64,000 nucleotides of DNA. Source: Trueperaceae bacterium. GTDB taxonomy: Bacteria > Deinococcota > Deinococci > Deinococcales > Trueperaceae. The notes below the pieces were generated by a model. It was not told where the DNA came from. It was given only the letters and a program-made list of their open reading frames with translations, and did no database searches. The position numbers were made by a program, and so were the translations under genes. Within the stretch, counting starts at the first letter, position 1. Every line of letters starts with the position of its first letter. Of this stretch, positions 37,811 through 47,417 are shown piece by piece. The stretch covers positions 1,056,001 to 1,120,000 of the forward strand of contig JAXHLW010000013.1 of assembly GCA_034521815.1 (NCBI GenBank), given 5' to 3'.

Positions 37811-38992
37811 ATGATGACGTCTCGTTCGCGCGTTCACCCGATGTCGATCCTCCGTCGCGTCCCCCTCGTTCGGGCGGCGCTCCTGTTCACGGCGGTCGCG
37901 ATCCTCGCGCTCGCGGCCGGACCCGCGCGGGCCCAGGGGCTGGTCGAGGACCCGCCCACCGTCACGACCGGTCCGACCTCGCTCAGCGGCGAGGAGCCCG
38001 AGGCGCTGGCCGACGAGGTCGTCGAAAGCTGGCTCGCGACCGAGCCGAGGCCCCTCTCCGAGCTGAGCCGACTGGACGCCGAGACGCTCTGCCGCGAGCT
38101 GCCCGCGTTGTTCGCGGCGCCGCCTCCCCCGGCGGGAACCGAGGTCGACATCGGCGATCGCCAGCAGCGCGACACCGGCTCGGACGACCGGCGCCGCTAC
38201 ACCTACGCCGCCGAGATCCCTCCCGACCGCCTCGACGTGGTCGAGGTCGTCCTGGTCCGCGACGGCCAGACCTGGCGCGTGGAGCGTGTGGGATTCCAGA
38301 TCGAGGCGACGACCGGTCGCTCGTGGCTTCAGTCGCGTGCAGCGGGCGTCGGCTTCGCGCTGGTCTCGCTTCTGTTCCTGGCTTCGCTGTTCCGGCCCTC
38401 GCCGCTGCGCCGCTGGCTGACCTCGGGACGCGACGCGATCCGTGAGCATCGACGCCTGGTGACGTGGACGATGATCCTCGGCTGGTCGGTGGTCGCCGTC
38501 GGCCTCTGGTCGGGCAGCCGCCTCCCCGACGCGTGCGAGGACGCGGTGCTCGTCGTGCTGGGGAGCACCTTGGAGCAGGTCGGTGCGACCCAGGCGCTGG
38601 CCAGTGGCGACGTGGCTCGCACGGCGCTGGTGATCTTCTACCAGAACTTCTTCGTGGTCACGCTGACCGCGCTCTTCGGCAGCGCGCTGCTGCTCGGCGT
38701 ACCGGCCTACCTGCTGGCGGGCGCGTCGTTCCTGGCGCAGTCCACCGCCTTCGGCGTCTTGGGCGTGGGCGGCTTCCCGGAGGTGCTGCTCGTGGCGGTG
38801 CTGTTCGTGCTCGAGTTCACCGCCTACTTCCTGGTCGTCTCAGGGGGCGGGATGCTGGTCGTCTCGCTGGCTCGCGGAGGGTTCGCCGGACTCGGCGCCG
38901 GCTACCGCAAGCTGATCTGGACCCTGCCGTGGGCCGGGCTGTTCCTGCTGATCGGCGCCTGGTACGAAGCCGCGATCCTGCTGGCGTTCTGA
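37811..38992 (+). CDS. Membrane protein with exported N-terminal domain and SpoIIM/DUF95-like TM domain
   Basis: Signal-peptide-like N-terminus; IFYQN, LEFTAY and LLIGAWYEA motifs; several TM helices. Start may be 37841. Confidence 0.75.
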   Translation: MMTSRSRVHPMSILRRVPLVRAALLFTAVAILALAAGPARAQGLVEDPPTVTTGPTSLSGEEPEALADEVVESWLATEPRPLSELSRLDAETLCRELPALFAAPPPPAGTEVDIGDRQQRDTGSDDRRRYTYAAEIPPDRLDVVEVVLVRDGQTWRVERVGFQIEATTGRSWLQSRAAGVGFALVSLLFLASLFRPSPLRRWLTSGRDAIREHRRLVTWTMILGWSVVAVGLWSGSRLPDACEDAVLVVLGSTLEQVGATQALASGDVARTALVIFYQNFFVVTLTALFGSALLLGVPAYLLAGASFLAQSTAFGVLGVGGFPEVLLVAVLFVLEFTAYFLVVSGGGMLVVSLARGGFAGLGAGYRKLIWTLPWAGLFLLIGAWYEAAILLAF

Positions 38993-39013
38993 GCACCAGC
39001 TGGCGCACGCCGG

Positions 39014-39955
39014 TCAGGGATCGTCGCCCCAGGCCGCTCGGACGGCCGACGCCACGTCGAGGATCGAACGACAACCGTCGAACGCCCGAGCTCCCGGCCC
39101 GACGGCGGCCAGCGGCACGTCGGCTCGGGTGTGGCGCCGGTGGGCGGCATCTTCGAGGTTGCCGTGGTCGCTCGTGAGCACGACCGTCGTGGCCGAATCC
39201 CGCGCGCCCAGGACCCCGGCCAGGAACGCGTCGAGGAGGCGAACCAGGTCGCGGGCCTCCGCCAGCCCGCCCCGATGTCCGACGCGGTCGGTGAGCCACA
39301 CGTCGAGGAACGAGAACCCCTTGTCGGCCATCGCCGTGGCCAGGCGTCGGCCGGCCCGTTCGGCTCCCGTAGGGCCGGGCACGAACCCGCCCGGCGGCTC
39401 GATCCCCTTCGACGCGAACCACGCACCGTCGAGATCCGCCGCCACGGCCTTCCCCTCCCGGTACGCCGCCTGGCCGGGCAGGTCCACGCCCGCGCTCCGC
39501 GCTGCGTACGCCGGAGCGTTCAGGCGCAGCCGTCCGTGCTCGAGCGCATCGAAGAAGCCGGGCGGGTACGCCCCGCCCCAGGCGACCGCGTCGCGACCGA
39601 ACCGCCTGGCAGCCCACTCGAACAGCTGGCCCTCGTCCAGCAGCCGTTTCAGGGTGGGTCCCGGCCACGGACCGTAGTGCCCGTCCATCACCGAGGCGGC
39701 GTTCTTTCCGGTCAGCAGCGCGCTCTGCCCGGTCGCCGACTGGGGCAGCCCGGAGGCGCCCAGGGTGGCGTCGAGCCGCGCGAACCGTCCCGCGGCGCTC
39801 TGGCCGGTGCGGGGCGCGACGAAGTCGCCTCCCGCGACGGCGTCCAACGTCGGCGTCGGAACCGCGGCGAACGGGTTCCGCTCGGGATCGTCGGTCCCCA
39901 GACCGACGCCGTCGACGAAGACGAACAGGACGCCGGACGGTCGCGGAGCGTTCAG
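39014..39955 (-). CDS. Metalloenzyme (alkaline phosphatase / iPGM-like superfamily); apparent CTG start
   Basis: FVDGVGLG, GLPQSATGQ, TDRVGH, LTSDHGNLED, HTRADVP; start inferred at the CTGA overlap with the trpS stop. Confidence 0.85.
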   Translation of the reverse strand: MNAPRPSGVLFVFVDGVGLGTDDPERNPFAAVPTPTLDAVAGGDFVAPRTGQSAAGRFARLDATLGASGLPQSATGQSALLTGKNAASVMDGHYGPWPGPTLKRLLDEGQLFEWAARRFGRDAVAWGGAYPPGFFDALEHGRLRLNAPAYAARSAGVDLPGQAAYREGKAVAADLDGAWFASKGIEPPGGFVPGPTGAERAGRRLATAMADKGFSFLDVWLTDRVGHRGGLAEARDLVRLLDAFLAGVLGARDSATTVVLTSDHGNLEDAAHRRHTRADVPLAAVGPGARAFDGCRSILDVASAVRAAWGDDP

Positions 39956-41073
39956 GTGCCGACGCCCAGCGCGGTCTTCGCGCGCGCCAACGTCGTGGCC
40001 GCCTGCTCGCGCGCCCGGTCGGCGCCCCGTGCCAGCACCGCGTCGAGCTCGGCGGGATCGGCAGCGTACTCCCGGTAGCGCTCCTGAATCGGCCGCAACG
40101 TCGCCAGGATCGCCTCCAGGGCAGCCTTCTTCAGGTCGCCGTAGCCCTTGCCTTCGAACCGTGCCTCGACCGCGTCCATCGGCTCGTTCGTCAGACTCTG
40201 GAGGACGCTCAGCAGGTTGCGGACGCCCGGACCGGCGTGCTCGAAGCGGACCTCGCGGCCCGAGTCCGTCACGGCGCTCATGACGGTCTTCTTGATCCGT
40301 GTCTCGTCGTCCAGGAGATGGACCGCGTGCCGGTCGCGCACCCGCGCGTACGACTTCGACATCTTGACCTCGGGGTCGTCGAAGCCCATCACGCGTGCTC
40401 CGCTCTTGGGAACGACCGCCTTCGGGAGCCGGAACACCGGACCGAACAGGTGATTGAAGCGTTGGGCGATGTCGCGGGTGAGCTCGACGTGCTGGACCTG
40501 ATCCTCGCCGACCGGGACGACGTCGGTGTCGTACAGCAGGATGTCGGCCGCCTGCAGCACCGGGTAGTCGAGCAGGCCGGTCGAGACCGACTCGCGACCC
40601 TCGCTCTTCGACTTGAACTGCGTCATCCGGTACAGCCAGCCCAGCGGCGTGGTGCAGTTGAGCAGCCAGGTGAGCTCGGCGTGCTCGCGCACGTGGGACT
40701 GGACGAACACGATGCTCGACTCGGGATCGATGCCCGAGGCGAGGTACAGCGCCGCCACCTCGCGACTCTTGGCGCGCAGCGTGCTCGGATCCACGTCCTC
40801 GGGAACGGTGAGGGCGTGGAGATCGACGACGCAGAAGATGTTGTCGCGCTCGACCTGGTGCTGGGCCCACTGGCGAAGCGCGCCGAGGTAGGTGCCGAGG
40901 TGGAGATCTCCAGAGGGCTGGACGCCCGAGAAGACCCGCGGGCGCGCGCCGCTCGCGGCGGCCAGCTCGGCCTCCGAGACGACGACGTCGGAACGGGCCG
41001 CGCCCGCGTGGTCTACGTCGGAACGGTCTACCTCGGAACGGTCGGCGTCGGAGGCGTCGGGGTTGGGTTCCAT
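39952..41073 (-). CDS. trpS: Tryptophan--tRNA ligase
   Basis: FSGVQPSG.LHLG, VDLHA, YPVLQAADIL, VPVGEDQ, KMSKS. Confidence 0.97.
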   Translation of the reverse strand: MEPNPDASDADRSEVDRSDVDHAGAARSDVVVSEAELAAASGARPRVFSGVQPSGDLHLGTYLGALRQWAQHQVERDNIFCVVDLHALTVPEDVDPSTLRAKSREVAALYLASGIDPESSIVFVQSHVREHAELTWLLNCTTPLGWLYRMTQFKSKSEGRESVSTGLLDYPVLQAADILLYDTDVVPVGEDQVQHVELTRDIAQRFNHLFGPVFRLPKAVVPKSGARVMGFDDPEVKMSKSYARVRDRHAVHLLDDETRIKKTVMSAVTDSGREVRFEHAGPGVRNLLSVLQSLTNEPMDAVEARFEGKGYGDLKKAALEAILATLRPIQERYREYAADPAELDAVLARGADRAREQAATTLARAKTALGVGT

Positions 41074-41127
41074 GAGGCCCGAGGATAGCACCGGCCCGCT
41101 CGCTGCCCGGTCAGTCGGGAGCGCCGC

Positions 41128-42276
41128 TCACGGACGCGAGCGCTCGACCCAGGCCAGCGGGTCGCTGGGCTCGCCGGCGACACGCATCTCCCAGTGCAGA
41201 TGCGGGCCGGTGGACAGGCCGGTGCTGCCGACCTCGCCGATCGCCTGACCGCGGACCACGACGTCGCCCGCTCCCACCACGATCGCCGACTGGTGGTAGT
41301 AGCGGCTCGTCACCCCGGCACCGTGGTCGACGATCGTCAGCCCGCCCTTGATCGGGTAGTGACCCGCCAACACCACGAGGCCGTCGTTCGTCGCCCGAAT
41401 CGGCGTCCCGGTCGGAGCGGCGATGTCCTCGCCCAGGTGGAAGCTGACGGGGCCGCCGGCGGCGTAGCGCCGTGGACGCGCGAATCCGGACGTGCCGCGG
41501 CCTTCGATCGGGAGGACGAACGGCTCGGTCCAACGGGGCGGATCGGTCGGGTCGGCGCGGGCCGCCGCGATCGCAGCGGCTTCGAGCTCGCGCCCCTCGG
41601 GCGTGATCACCGACAGCGTGGCGGCCGACAGCCGCAGCTCCTCGACCTCTTGCGGGAGGGGGCCGTGAGGCACGATCAGGCGATGGTCGCCGGGACGCCC
41701 GAAGCCGTCGGTCCAGGACGCCTCGAACGTGATCGCGCCCGCCGCCGTCGTCAGCGGTACCGCACCGAAGGCGATCCGTCCGTCGGCGGCGTCGTGGAGC
41801 GCGGCCGCGCGGCCGTCGATCGTCAGGCCGGCGCCCCGGACCTCGGCATCGGGCGGGTCGAAGCGCAAGGTGGCCGTGAACGGCGCGCCGGGCCGGTCGC
41901 CGCCGCTCACGCCCAGCGCGCCGCTGGGAATCGCCACGCCCTGGACCTCGTGCCGAGCCGTCGTGACGTTGCCCGCGCCGTCGCTCGCCTCGATCGCGAC
42001 CACGCCGGCTCCAGCGCGCGCCTCCAGCCGAACCGTCAGATCCTGCTCCACGCGCACGGCCGTCTGATCCTGGTAGCGCACCGTGTAGCTCACCGGCTCG
42101 TCGGCGCTGATCCGTAGCGCGAACGCCTCGCCCGCCGCCACCCGGTCCGGACCCTCGACCCAGAGCGAGGGCGGCGTCGTGTCACGAAACGCCTGACCGA
42201 CGCCGACACCGACGACGGCGCCGAGCAGCAGCAGCGCGACGCCGCCGAGCAGCGTACGGCGGCGCATACGGGTCAC
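41128..42276 (-). CDS. M23 family metallopeptidase with N-terminal membrane anchor
   Basis: HLGED (HxxxD), VDHG.G, GSTGLSTGPHLHWE. Confidence 0.9.
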   Translation of the reverse strand: MTRMRRRTLLGGVALLLLGAVVGVGVGQAFRDTTPPSLWVEGPDRVAAGEAFALRISADEPVSYTVRYQDQTAVRVEQDLTVRLEARAGAGVVAIEASDGAGNVTTARHEVQGVAIPSGALGVSGGDRPGAPFTATLRFDPPDAEVRGAGLTIDGRAAALHDAADGRIAFGAVPLTTAAGAITFEASWTDGFGRPGDHRLIVPHGPLPQEVEELRLSAATLSVITPEGRELEAAAIAAARADPTDPPRWTEPFVLPIEGRGTSGFARPRRYAAGGPVSFHLGEDIAAPTGTPIRATNDGLVVLAGHYPIKGGLTIVDHGAGVTSRYYHQSAIVVGAGDVVVRGQAIGEVGSTGLSTGPHLHWEMRVAGEPSDPLAWVERSRP

Positions 42277-42836
42277 TCGTCCAACGCCTCGAACTCGCTG
42301 GGCGTCATGCTGGTCACGAACGGCAGGTTGCGGAACTTGTGATCCACGTCCAGCCCGTAGCCGTAGACGAACGCGTCGTCGATCTCGAAGCCCAGGTAGT
42401 GCACCGGCACCTCGACGCGCCGGCGAGCCGGCTTGCTGAGCAGGCTGGCGACCTTGACGGAGAGCGGACCGCGGCCCTCGAGGTACTGCAGCAGGTACCG
42501 CATCGTGAGGCCGGTGTCCACGATGTCCTCGACCAGCACCACGTGCTTGTGCTTCAGGCTCTGGTCGAGGTCCTTCACGAGCCGGACCTCGCCGGACGAC
42601 TCCGTTCGGCTGCCGTAGCTCGAGACCGACAGGAAGTCCACCGTCAACGGCGCGTCGATCGCTCGGACCAGGTCGGCCATGAACAGGAACGCGCCGTTCA
42701 GGACGCACACCAGGTGAAGCGGCTCGCCGTCGTGGTCGCGTGCGATCTCGCGGCCCAGCTCGACCACGCGCGCCTGAATGCGCGCCTCGTCGAGCTGGAC
42801 GGTGCCCTGTCCGGGCGCGAAGACGGTCTGTTGCAT
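42273..42836 (-). CDS. hpt: Hypoxanthine phosphoribosyltransferase
   Basis: VLNGA..F.ADL, SSYG, VEDIVDTGLT, FVYGYGLD. Confidence 0.96.
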   Translation of the reverse strand: MQQTVFAPGQGTVQLDEARIQARVVELGREIARDHDGEPLHLVCVLNGAFLFMADLVRAIDAPLTVDFLSVSSYGSRTESSGEVRLVKDLDQSLKHKHVVLVEDIVDTGLTMRYLLQYLEGRGPLSVKVASLLSKPARRRVEVPVHYLGFEIDDAFVYGYGLDVDHKFRNLPFVTSMTPSEFEALDE

Positions 42837-42881
42837 CGGTCGGTTCCTCCAGCAGGCGCTGCGGCGCCGTGGTCGGCCCGG

Positions 42882-43616
42882 TCAGGGGCCGTTCGGTTCT
42901 GGATCATACCCGAGCGCGCGCAGCTCCTCGGGCGTCGCCTCGCGCCAGGCGCCGGGCTCCAGCTCGCCCAGCTCGATCGGACCCACGCGGGTGCGGACGA
43001 GACGGACGACGGGATGACCGACCGCCTCCAGCATCCGTCGCACCTGACGGTTCCTGCCCTCGTGGAGGTCGATTCGGCACCCGCCGTCAGCGGGCCTGGC
43101 GCGGTCGGCACGAGCGACGCCGTCCTCGAGCTCGACACCGTGACGCAGGCGCGCCAGCGACGCGCCGTCCACGGTGCCGTGCGCGCACCACGCGCGGTAG
43201 CGCTTGGTGTGCTCGTAGCGTGGGTGGGTGAGACGCAGCGCCAGCTCGCCGTCGTCGGTGAGCAGCAACAGCCCTTCGCTGTCGCGGTCGAGACGTCCGA
43301 CCGGGTGCAGGCCGGGCGAGGCCGGAACGAGGTCCATCACCGTCCGGCGGCCCTGCGGGTCGCTCTGGGTGGTCACGACGCCGGCCGGCTTGTGCAGCAC
43401 CAGCACGACACGGCCGCCAGGCACCTCGACGCGCTTGCCGTCGAGGCGGACGTCCGCTCCCGGCGGTACGCGGTCGCCCAGCGTGGCGATCGTCCCGTCC
43501 ACCGTCACGCGACCGGCCTCGATCAGGGTTTCGGCCTTGCGTCTGGACGACGCCGCTCCCGCACGAGCGAGCACCTTCTGGAGTCGCTGACCGCGGCCGT
43601 CCTGACCGTCGGTCAC
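42882..43616 (-). CDS. rRNA pseudouridine synthase (RsuA/RluB family)
   Basis: S4 domain RLQKVLARAG..SRR; HKPAG; VGRLDRDSEGLLLLTDDG; EGRNRQVRRM. Confidence 0.93.
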   Translation of the reverse strand: MTDGQDGRGQRLQKVLARAGAASSRRKAETLIEAGRVTVDGTIATLGDRVPPGADVRLDGKRVEVPGGRVVLVLHKPAGVVTTQSDPQGRRTVMDLVPASPGLHPVGRLDRDSEGLLLLTDDGELALRLTHPRYEHTKRYRAWCAHGTVDGASLARLRHGVELEDGVARADRARPADGGCRIDLHEGRNRQVRRMLEAVGHPVVRLVRTRVGPIELGELEPGAWREATPEELRALGYDPEPNGP

Positions 43617-44647
43617 GACGCGTCCTCGTCGACCGACGCGTCTTCGAGCGGGGCCTGCTCGAGCGACGCCTCCTCGAGCGACGCCTTCAGGCGACCCTCG
43701 AGCACCAGGAACGCACGACCGCCGACCTCCACCCGCACGTCGGCAAGCTCCGGAGCGGTCGCGTCCGGTGCGGTCGCGTCCGGTGCGGTCGCGTCCGGCG
43801 CCCGATCCGTGCGCGCGGTGTCCGGTGGCCGGATACGCATGAACAGCCGCGACGGCCGACCCATCTCGACGCCCTGGACGCTCTCGAGCTCGTCGCCGTC
43901 GCCGTCGGCCGGAAACGGGACCAGCCCGTGCCGGACCAGGTAGGCGGCCAGAGGCCCGTGCGCGCTGCCGGTTCCGGGGTCTTCGACCACGCCCAGGGCC
44001 TCGCCGAACATGCGGCAGCGCTGCGGGCCGGAGTCGGACGGAACGAACGCCAGGACCGCCCGGTGATCGGCGTCGATCCACGGCCCGAGCGCGCTCAGCT
44101 CCAAACGCGCGCGCCCGAGCGCCTCCAGATCGGCCAGCGGAACGAGAAGGAACGGGTTCCCGGCGCTCCACGCCTCGATCGGAAGCCCGGCGCGAAGCTC
44201 GTGCGGCTCGAGCCCCAGGGCAGCGGCGACGGCAGGGCGGTCCGAGACGACGGTCTCGCGCCTGGGGCGCCCTTGATCCATCCACGCTCGCTGCAGGCCA
44301 CCGTGCTCGTCCCGTTCGAGCGTCAGATCGACCGGACCGATGCCCGACGTGAACGTCGCGCGCGGACCGTCGATCGTTCCGAGCCGGTCGAGCGAGAACG
44401 CCGCGCCGATGGTGGGATGGCCGGCCATGGGCAGCTCGCGCTCGGGGGTGAAGATCCTCAGCTCCGGGCGACCCGGCTCCTGCGCACGCGCCGGCCCGGT
44501 CCGCACGAACACCGTCTCGGAGAAGCCGAACTCCCGCGCGAGCCGCTGCATCGCGGCGTCGGCGACGCGCCCGCCGACGTGCACGACGGCCAGGGCGTTC
44601 CCGGCCAGCGGCCGGTCGGCGAACACGTCCCAGATCTCCACGTCCAT
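43613..44647 (-). CDS. PhzF-family isomerase
   Basis: DVF...LAGN.LAV, SETVF, RIFTP..ELPMAGHPT, EDPGTGSA, QGVEMGRPS. Confidence 0.92.
   Translation of the reverse strand: MDVEIWDVFADRPLAGNALAVVHVGGRVADAAMQRLAREFGFSETVFVRTGPARAQEPGRPELRIFTPERELPMAGHPTIGAAFSLDRLGTIDGPRATFTSGIGPVDLTLERDEHGGLQRAWMDQGRPRRETVVSDRPAVAAALGLEPHELRAGLPIEAWSAGNPFLLVPLADLEALGRARLELSALGPWIDADHRAVLAFVPSDSGPQRCRMFGEALGVVEDPGTGSAHGPLAAYLVRHGLVPFPADGDGDELESVQGVEMGRPSRLFMRIRPPDTARTDRAPDATAPDATAPDATAPELADVRVEVGGRAFLVLEGRLKASLEEASLEQAPLEDASVDEDAS
43755..43798 (-). repeat. 15-bp in-frame tandem repeat (TAPDA) inside the PhzF-family gene
   Basis: gcggtcgcgtccggt x3 on the plus strand. Confidence 0.88.
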
Positions 44648-44712
44648 CGCGCCAGCGTACCCCGGACGCCCAGGTGCGGAAATGCCGCGCCGGCGCAGGT
44701 ATCCTCTTCCGC

Positions 44713-45819
44713 ATGCATCCTCAGGTGATCGATCGCTACGCCGACCTTCTTCTCGACTACTGCACCGAGATCGCTCCTGGCGACGTCGTGTCGCTCAACG
44801 TCGCGACGCCCGCCACCGTGCTGGCGCGAGCGCTCGTTCGCGGCGTGCTCGAGCGTGGCGCCACCCCGCTGCTTCATCTCGCCTACCCCGAGCTCCAGCA
44901 GGATCTGCTCGAGTGCGCCAGCGACGGCTACCTGGCGAGCGAGCCGACGTTCGCGCTGCACGAGGTGCAGCGGACCGACGCCTGGATCCGCGTCGCGGCG
45001 CCGACGAACAGCCGTGCGTTGCAGAACGCCGACCCGGAGCGACTGGGGCGGCTCGAAAGCCGCATGCGTCCCGTGCAGGACCATCGCGTCGAGAACACGC
45101 GCTGGGTGGGGACGCTCTTCCCCACCGCGTCCGGCGCGCAGGACGCCGGCATGAGCCTCGATGCGTACGAGCGGTTCGTGTTCGGCGCCATGCACCTGTT
45201 CGACGACGATCCCGTGGCGGCGTGGCAGGCGCTGAGGGCCGAACAGGCTCGGCTGATCGATCGTCTCGCGCGAGCGGACGAGGTGCGGATCCGCGGCGAC
45301 GGCACCGACCTGCGGCTGCGGGTGGGCGGCCGGACCTGGGTGAACAGCGACGGAAAACGCAACATGCCGTCCGGGGAGGTGTTCACCGGCCCGATCGAGG
45401 ACAGCGCCGAGGGCACGATCCGGTTCGACGTGCCCAGCTTCGTCTCGGGCTCCGAGGTTCGCGGGGTGACGTTGCGGTTCGAGCGCGGCGTCGTCGTCGA
45501 GGCGTCGGCCGAGCAGGGCGAGGCCTTGCTCCTGGAGCGGCTGGATCGCGATCCCGGCGCGCGTCGGCTGGGCGAGCTGGGGATCGGCACGAACCGGGAG
45601 ATCGACCGGCCCACGGGAAGCACGCTCTACGACGAGAAGATCGGAGGCACGGTCCATTTGGCGCTGGGACGCTCGTACGCGAACACCGGCGGCGTGAACA
45701 AGAGCGCGATCCACTGGGACCTGATTCGCGACCTTCGGCGCGGTGGCGAGATCCTGTTGGACGGCGAGGTCTTCGAGCGAGACGGCACGTTCGTGTTGGA
45801 CGGTGCGCCGGCCAGCTGA
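44713..45819 (+). CDS. Aminopeptidase (M29, AmpT/AmpS-like)
   Basis: NMPSGEVFTGP, LGELGIG, LYDEKIGGTVHLALG, NKSAIHWD; TATCCT-N7-ATG. Confidence 0.92.
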   Translation: MHPQVIDRYADLLLDYCTEIAPGDVVSLNVATPATVLARALVRGVLERGATPLLHLAYPELQQDLLECASDGYLASEPTFALHEVQRTDAWIRVAAPTNSRALQNADPERLGRLESRMRPVQDHRVENTRWVGTLFPTASGAQDAGMSLDAYERFVFGAMHLFDDDPVAAWQALRAEQARLIDRLARADEVRIRGDGTDLRLRVGGRTWVNSDGKRNMPSGEVFTGPIEDSAEGTIRFDVPSFVSGSEVRGVTLRFERGVVVEASAEQGEALLLERLDRDPGARRLGELGIGTNREIDRPTGSTLYDEKIGGTVHLALGRSYANTGGVNKSAIHWDLIRDLRRGGEILLDGEVFERDGTFVLDGAPAS

Positions 45820-45862
45820 GCGCCGGCGCACCGTTCCGCGCTTCGCTCGGCATCGCCATCGA

Positions 45863-45892
45863 TTGACCGGTAATACCCCGTAGGGGTACAAC
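45863..45892 (+). promoter_or_regulatory. Rhodanese promoter with overlapping CsoR/CstR-type operator
   Basis: TTGACC-N18-TACAAC (imperfect -10); palindrome TACCCC-gta-GGGGTA at 45874-45888. Confidence 0.7.
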
Positions 45893-45897
45893 GCGGC

Positions 45898-46332
45898 ATG
45901 GCCAAGCGCTCAGCTCCCCGCAGAACGAGCCGCCTCCCCTACCTTCTCGGCGTGGCCGGCATCGCCGCCGTCGCGCTCGTCCTCGCCGTGACGACCCTGG
46001 GCACGCAGGCCTCCGGCGACGCCTCCCTGAGCACCGTCGACGTCCGCGAGCTCCAGCAGGCGCTGGGCGACGACGTCACGCTGGTGGACGTACGCGAGCC
46101 GCACGAGTACGAGGCCGGACACATCGAGGACGCGTTGCTGATGCCGCTCGCGAACGTGGTGGCGCTCGCCGCCGATCTTCCCAAGGACCAGCCCGTGTAC
46201 GTGGTGTGCCGTTCGGGCAACCGATCGCTGCAAGCCTCGAACGCCCTGATCGACGCCGGCTTCCAGGACGTGCGCAACGTAGACGGCGGGATGATCGCGT
46301 GGGAGGCCGCCGGCTTCGACGTCGAGCGATGA
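45898..46332 (+). CDS. Membrane-anchored / exported rhodanese-like sulfurtransferase
   Basis: N-terminal hydrophobic helix; DVREP.EY..GHI, active loop CRSGNRS, GGMIAW. Confidence 0.92.
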   Translation: MAKRSAPRRTSRLPYLLGVAGIAAVALVLAVTTLGTQASGDASLSTVDVRELQQALGDDVTLVDVREPHEYEAGHIEDALLMPLANVVALAADLPKDQPVYVVCRSGNRSLQASNALIDAGFQDVRNVDGGMIAWEAAGFDVER

Positions 46333-46341
46333 CCGTCCCTC

Positions 46342-47100
46342 TCAGCGCGCGGTCCAGCCCAGATCGATCGACTGCACGCTGCCGGTGATGCCCCAGGCCG
46401 CCTCGCTGGCCAGCCACGCCACCAGCGCGGCGACGTCGGTCGGCTCCAGCAGCCGCTTCACCGCCGCCTGCTCCAACAGCACGCGCTCCTCGACGTCCGC
46501 CTCGTCGATGCCGCGCGTCCTCGCCTGATCGGCGATCTGCGCCTCGACCAGCGGCGTTCGCACGTAGGCGGGCGCCACGGTGTTGCAGGTCAGCCCGTGC
46601 GGGCCGCCCTCGAGCGCGACGGCCCGCATGTGGCCCAGCAGCGCGTGCTTGGCCGTGACGTAGCCGACCTTGTAGGGGCTGGCCACCAGGCTGTGCACGC
46701 TGCCCATGTGGATCACCCGTCCGTGGCCGCTGGCCGTCAGCCACGGCCATGCGCGCTGCGTCAGGTGGAACGGCGCCGACACCATCAGCGCCAGCATGCG
46801 GTCCCACACCTCGGCAGGAAAGTCGGGGACGGCGTCCAAATGCTGGAAGCCGGCGACGTTCACCAGCACGTCCAGGCCGCCGTGCAACGCCGCGACCGCG
46901 TCCACGGTCGACCGGCACGCCCCTGGGTCGGTCAGGTCGGCGGCGTGGAAGCTTCCACCGACCGCGCTCGCCGCGGCGGCCCCGCGCCGTGCGTCCACGT
47001 CCACGACCGCGACCGCCATCCCGTCCCGCGCCAGCACCTCCGCGCACGCCCTGCCGATCCCGCTCGCCGCACCGGTGACCAACGCCGTTCGAGCACTCAT
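46342..47100 (-). CDS. 3-hydroxybutyrate dehydrogenase (SDR)
   Basis: TGAASGIG, AGFQH, SVHSLVASPYK..YVTAKH, YVRTPLVE.QI.DQA. Confidence 0.88.
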   Translation of the reverse strand: MSARTALVTGAASGIGRACAEVLARDGMAVAVVDVDARRGAAAASAVGGSFHAADLTDPGACRSTVDAVAALHGGLDVLVNVAGFQHLDAVPDFPAEVWDRMLALMVSAPFHLTQRAWPWLTASGHGRVIHMGSVHSLVASPYKVGYVTAKHALLGHMRAVALEGGPHGLTCNTVAPAYVRTPLVEAQIADQARTRGIDEADVEERVLLEQAAVKRLLEPTDVAALVAWLASEAAWGITGSVQSIDLGWTAR

Positions 47101-47196
47101 GACGCCTCCCTTCGAGGACGACGAAGCGTACCTCGCACGAAGGAGCAGCGCGGCTGGAACCTGCGCCTCGCCTGCCGCGACGCCGCTCGCGTCCCG

Positions 47197-47225
47197 TTGA
47201 CAGGGTGCGTCCCCAGCGGTACGAT
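47197..47225 (+). promoter_or_regulatory. Sigma70 promoter of tRNA-Leu
   Basis: TTGACA-N17-TACGAT. Confidence 0.85.
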
Positions 47226-47280
47226 TGGCCTTCGTCGCCCACGGTGACGTCCCTGCCGGGACCGCGCCGCGACGCCGCTC

Positions 47281-47367
47281 GCCGAAGTGGCGGAATTGGT
47301 AGACGCGCATGATTCAGGGTCATGTGACCGCAAGGTCGTGGGGGTTCAAGTCCCCCCTTCGGCACCA
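47281..47367 (+). tRNA. tRNA-Leu(CAG)
   Basis: Acceptor stem gccgaag/cttcggc; anticodon arm catga-ttCAGgg-tcatg; long variable arm; GTTCAAG T-loop; encoded CCA. Confidence 0.97.
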
Positions 47368-47372
47368 AGCGA

Positions 47373-47400
47373 ACGCCCCCGCGACCGCGGGGGCGTCTTC
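47373..47400. terminator. Hairpin between tRNA-Leu and convergent glyS
   Basis: acgcccccgc-gacc-gcgggggcgt, 10-bp stem. Confidence 0.7.
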
Positions 47401-47417
47401 GTTCGCCACACGCGTCC

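Noticed and set aside
37811-38992. Sporulation function for the SpoIIM-like gene
   Set aside because: The family is widespread in non-sporulators; no other sporulation genes in the window.
43613-44647. Phenazine biosynthesis cluster
   Set aside because: Lone PhzF-family gene with no other phz genes; such homologues are widespread.
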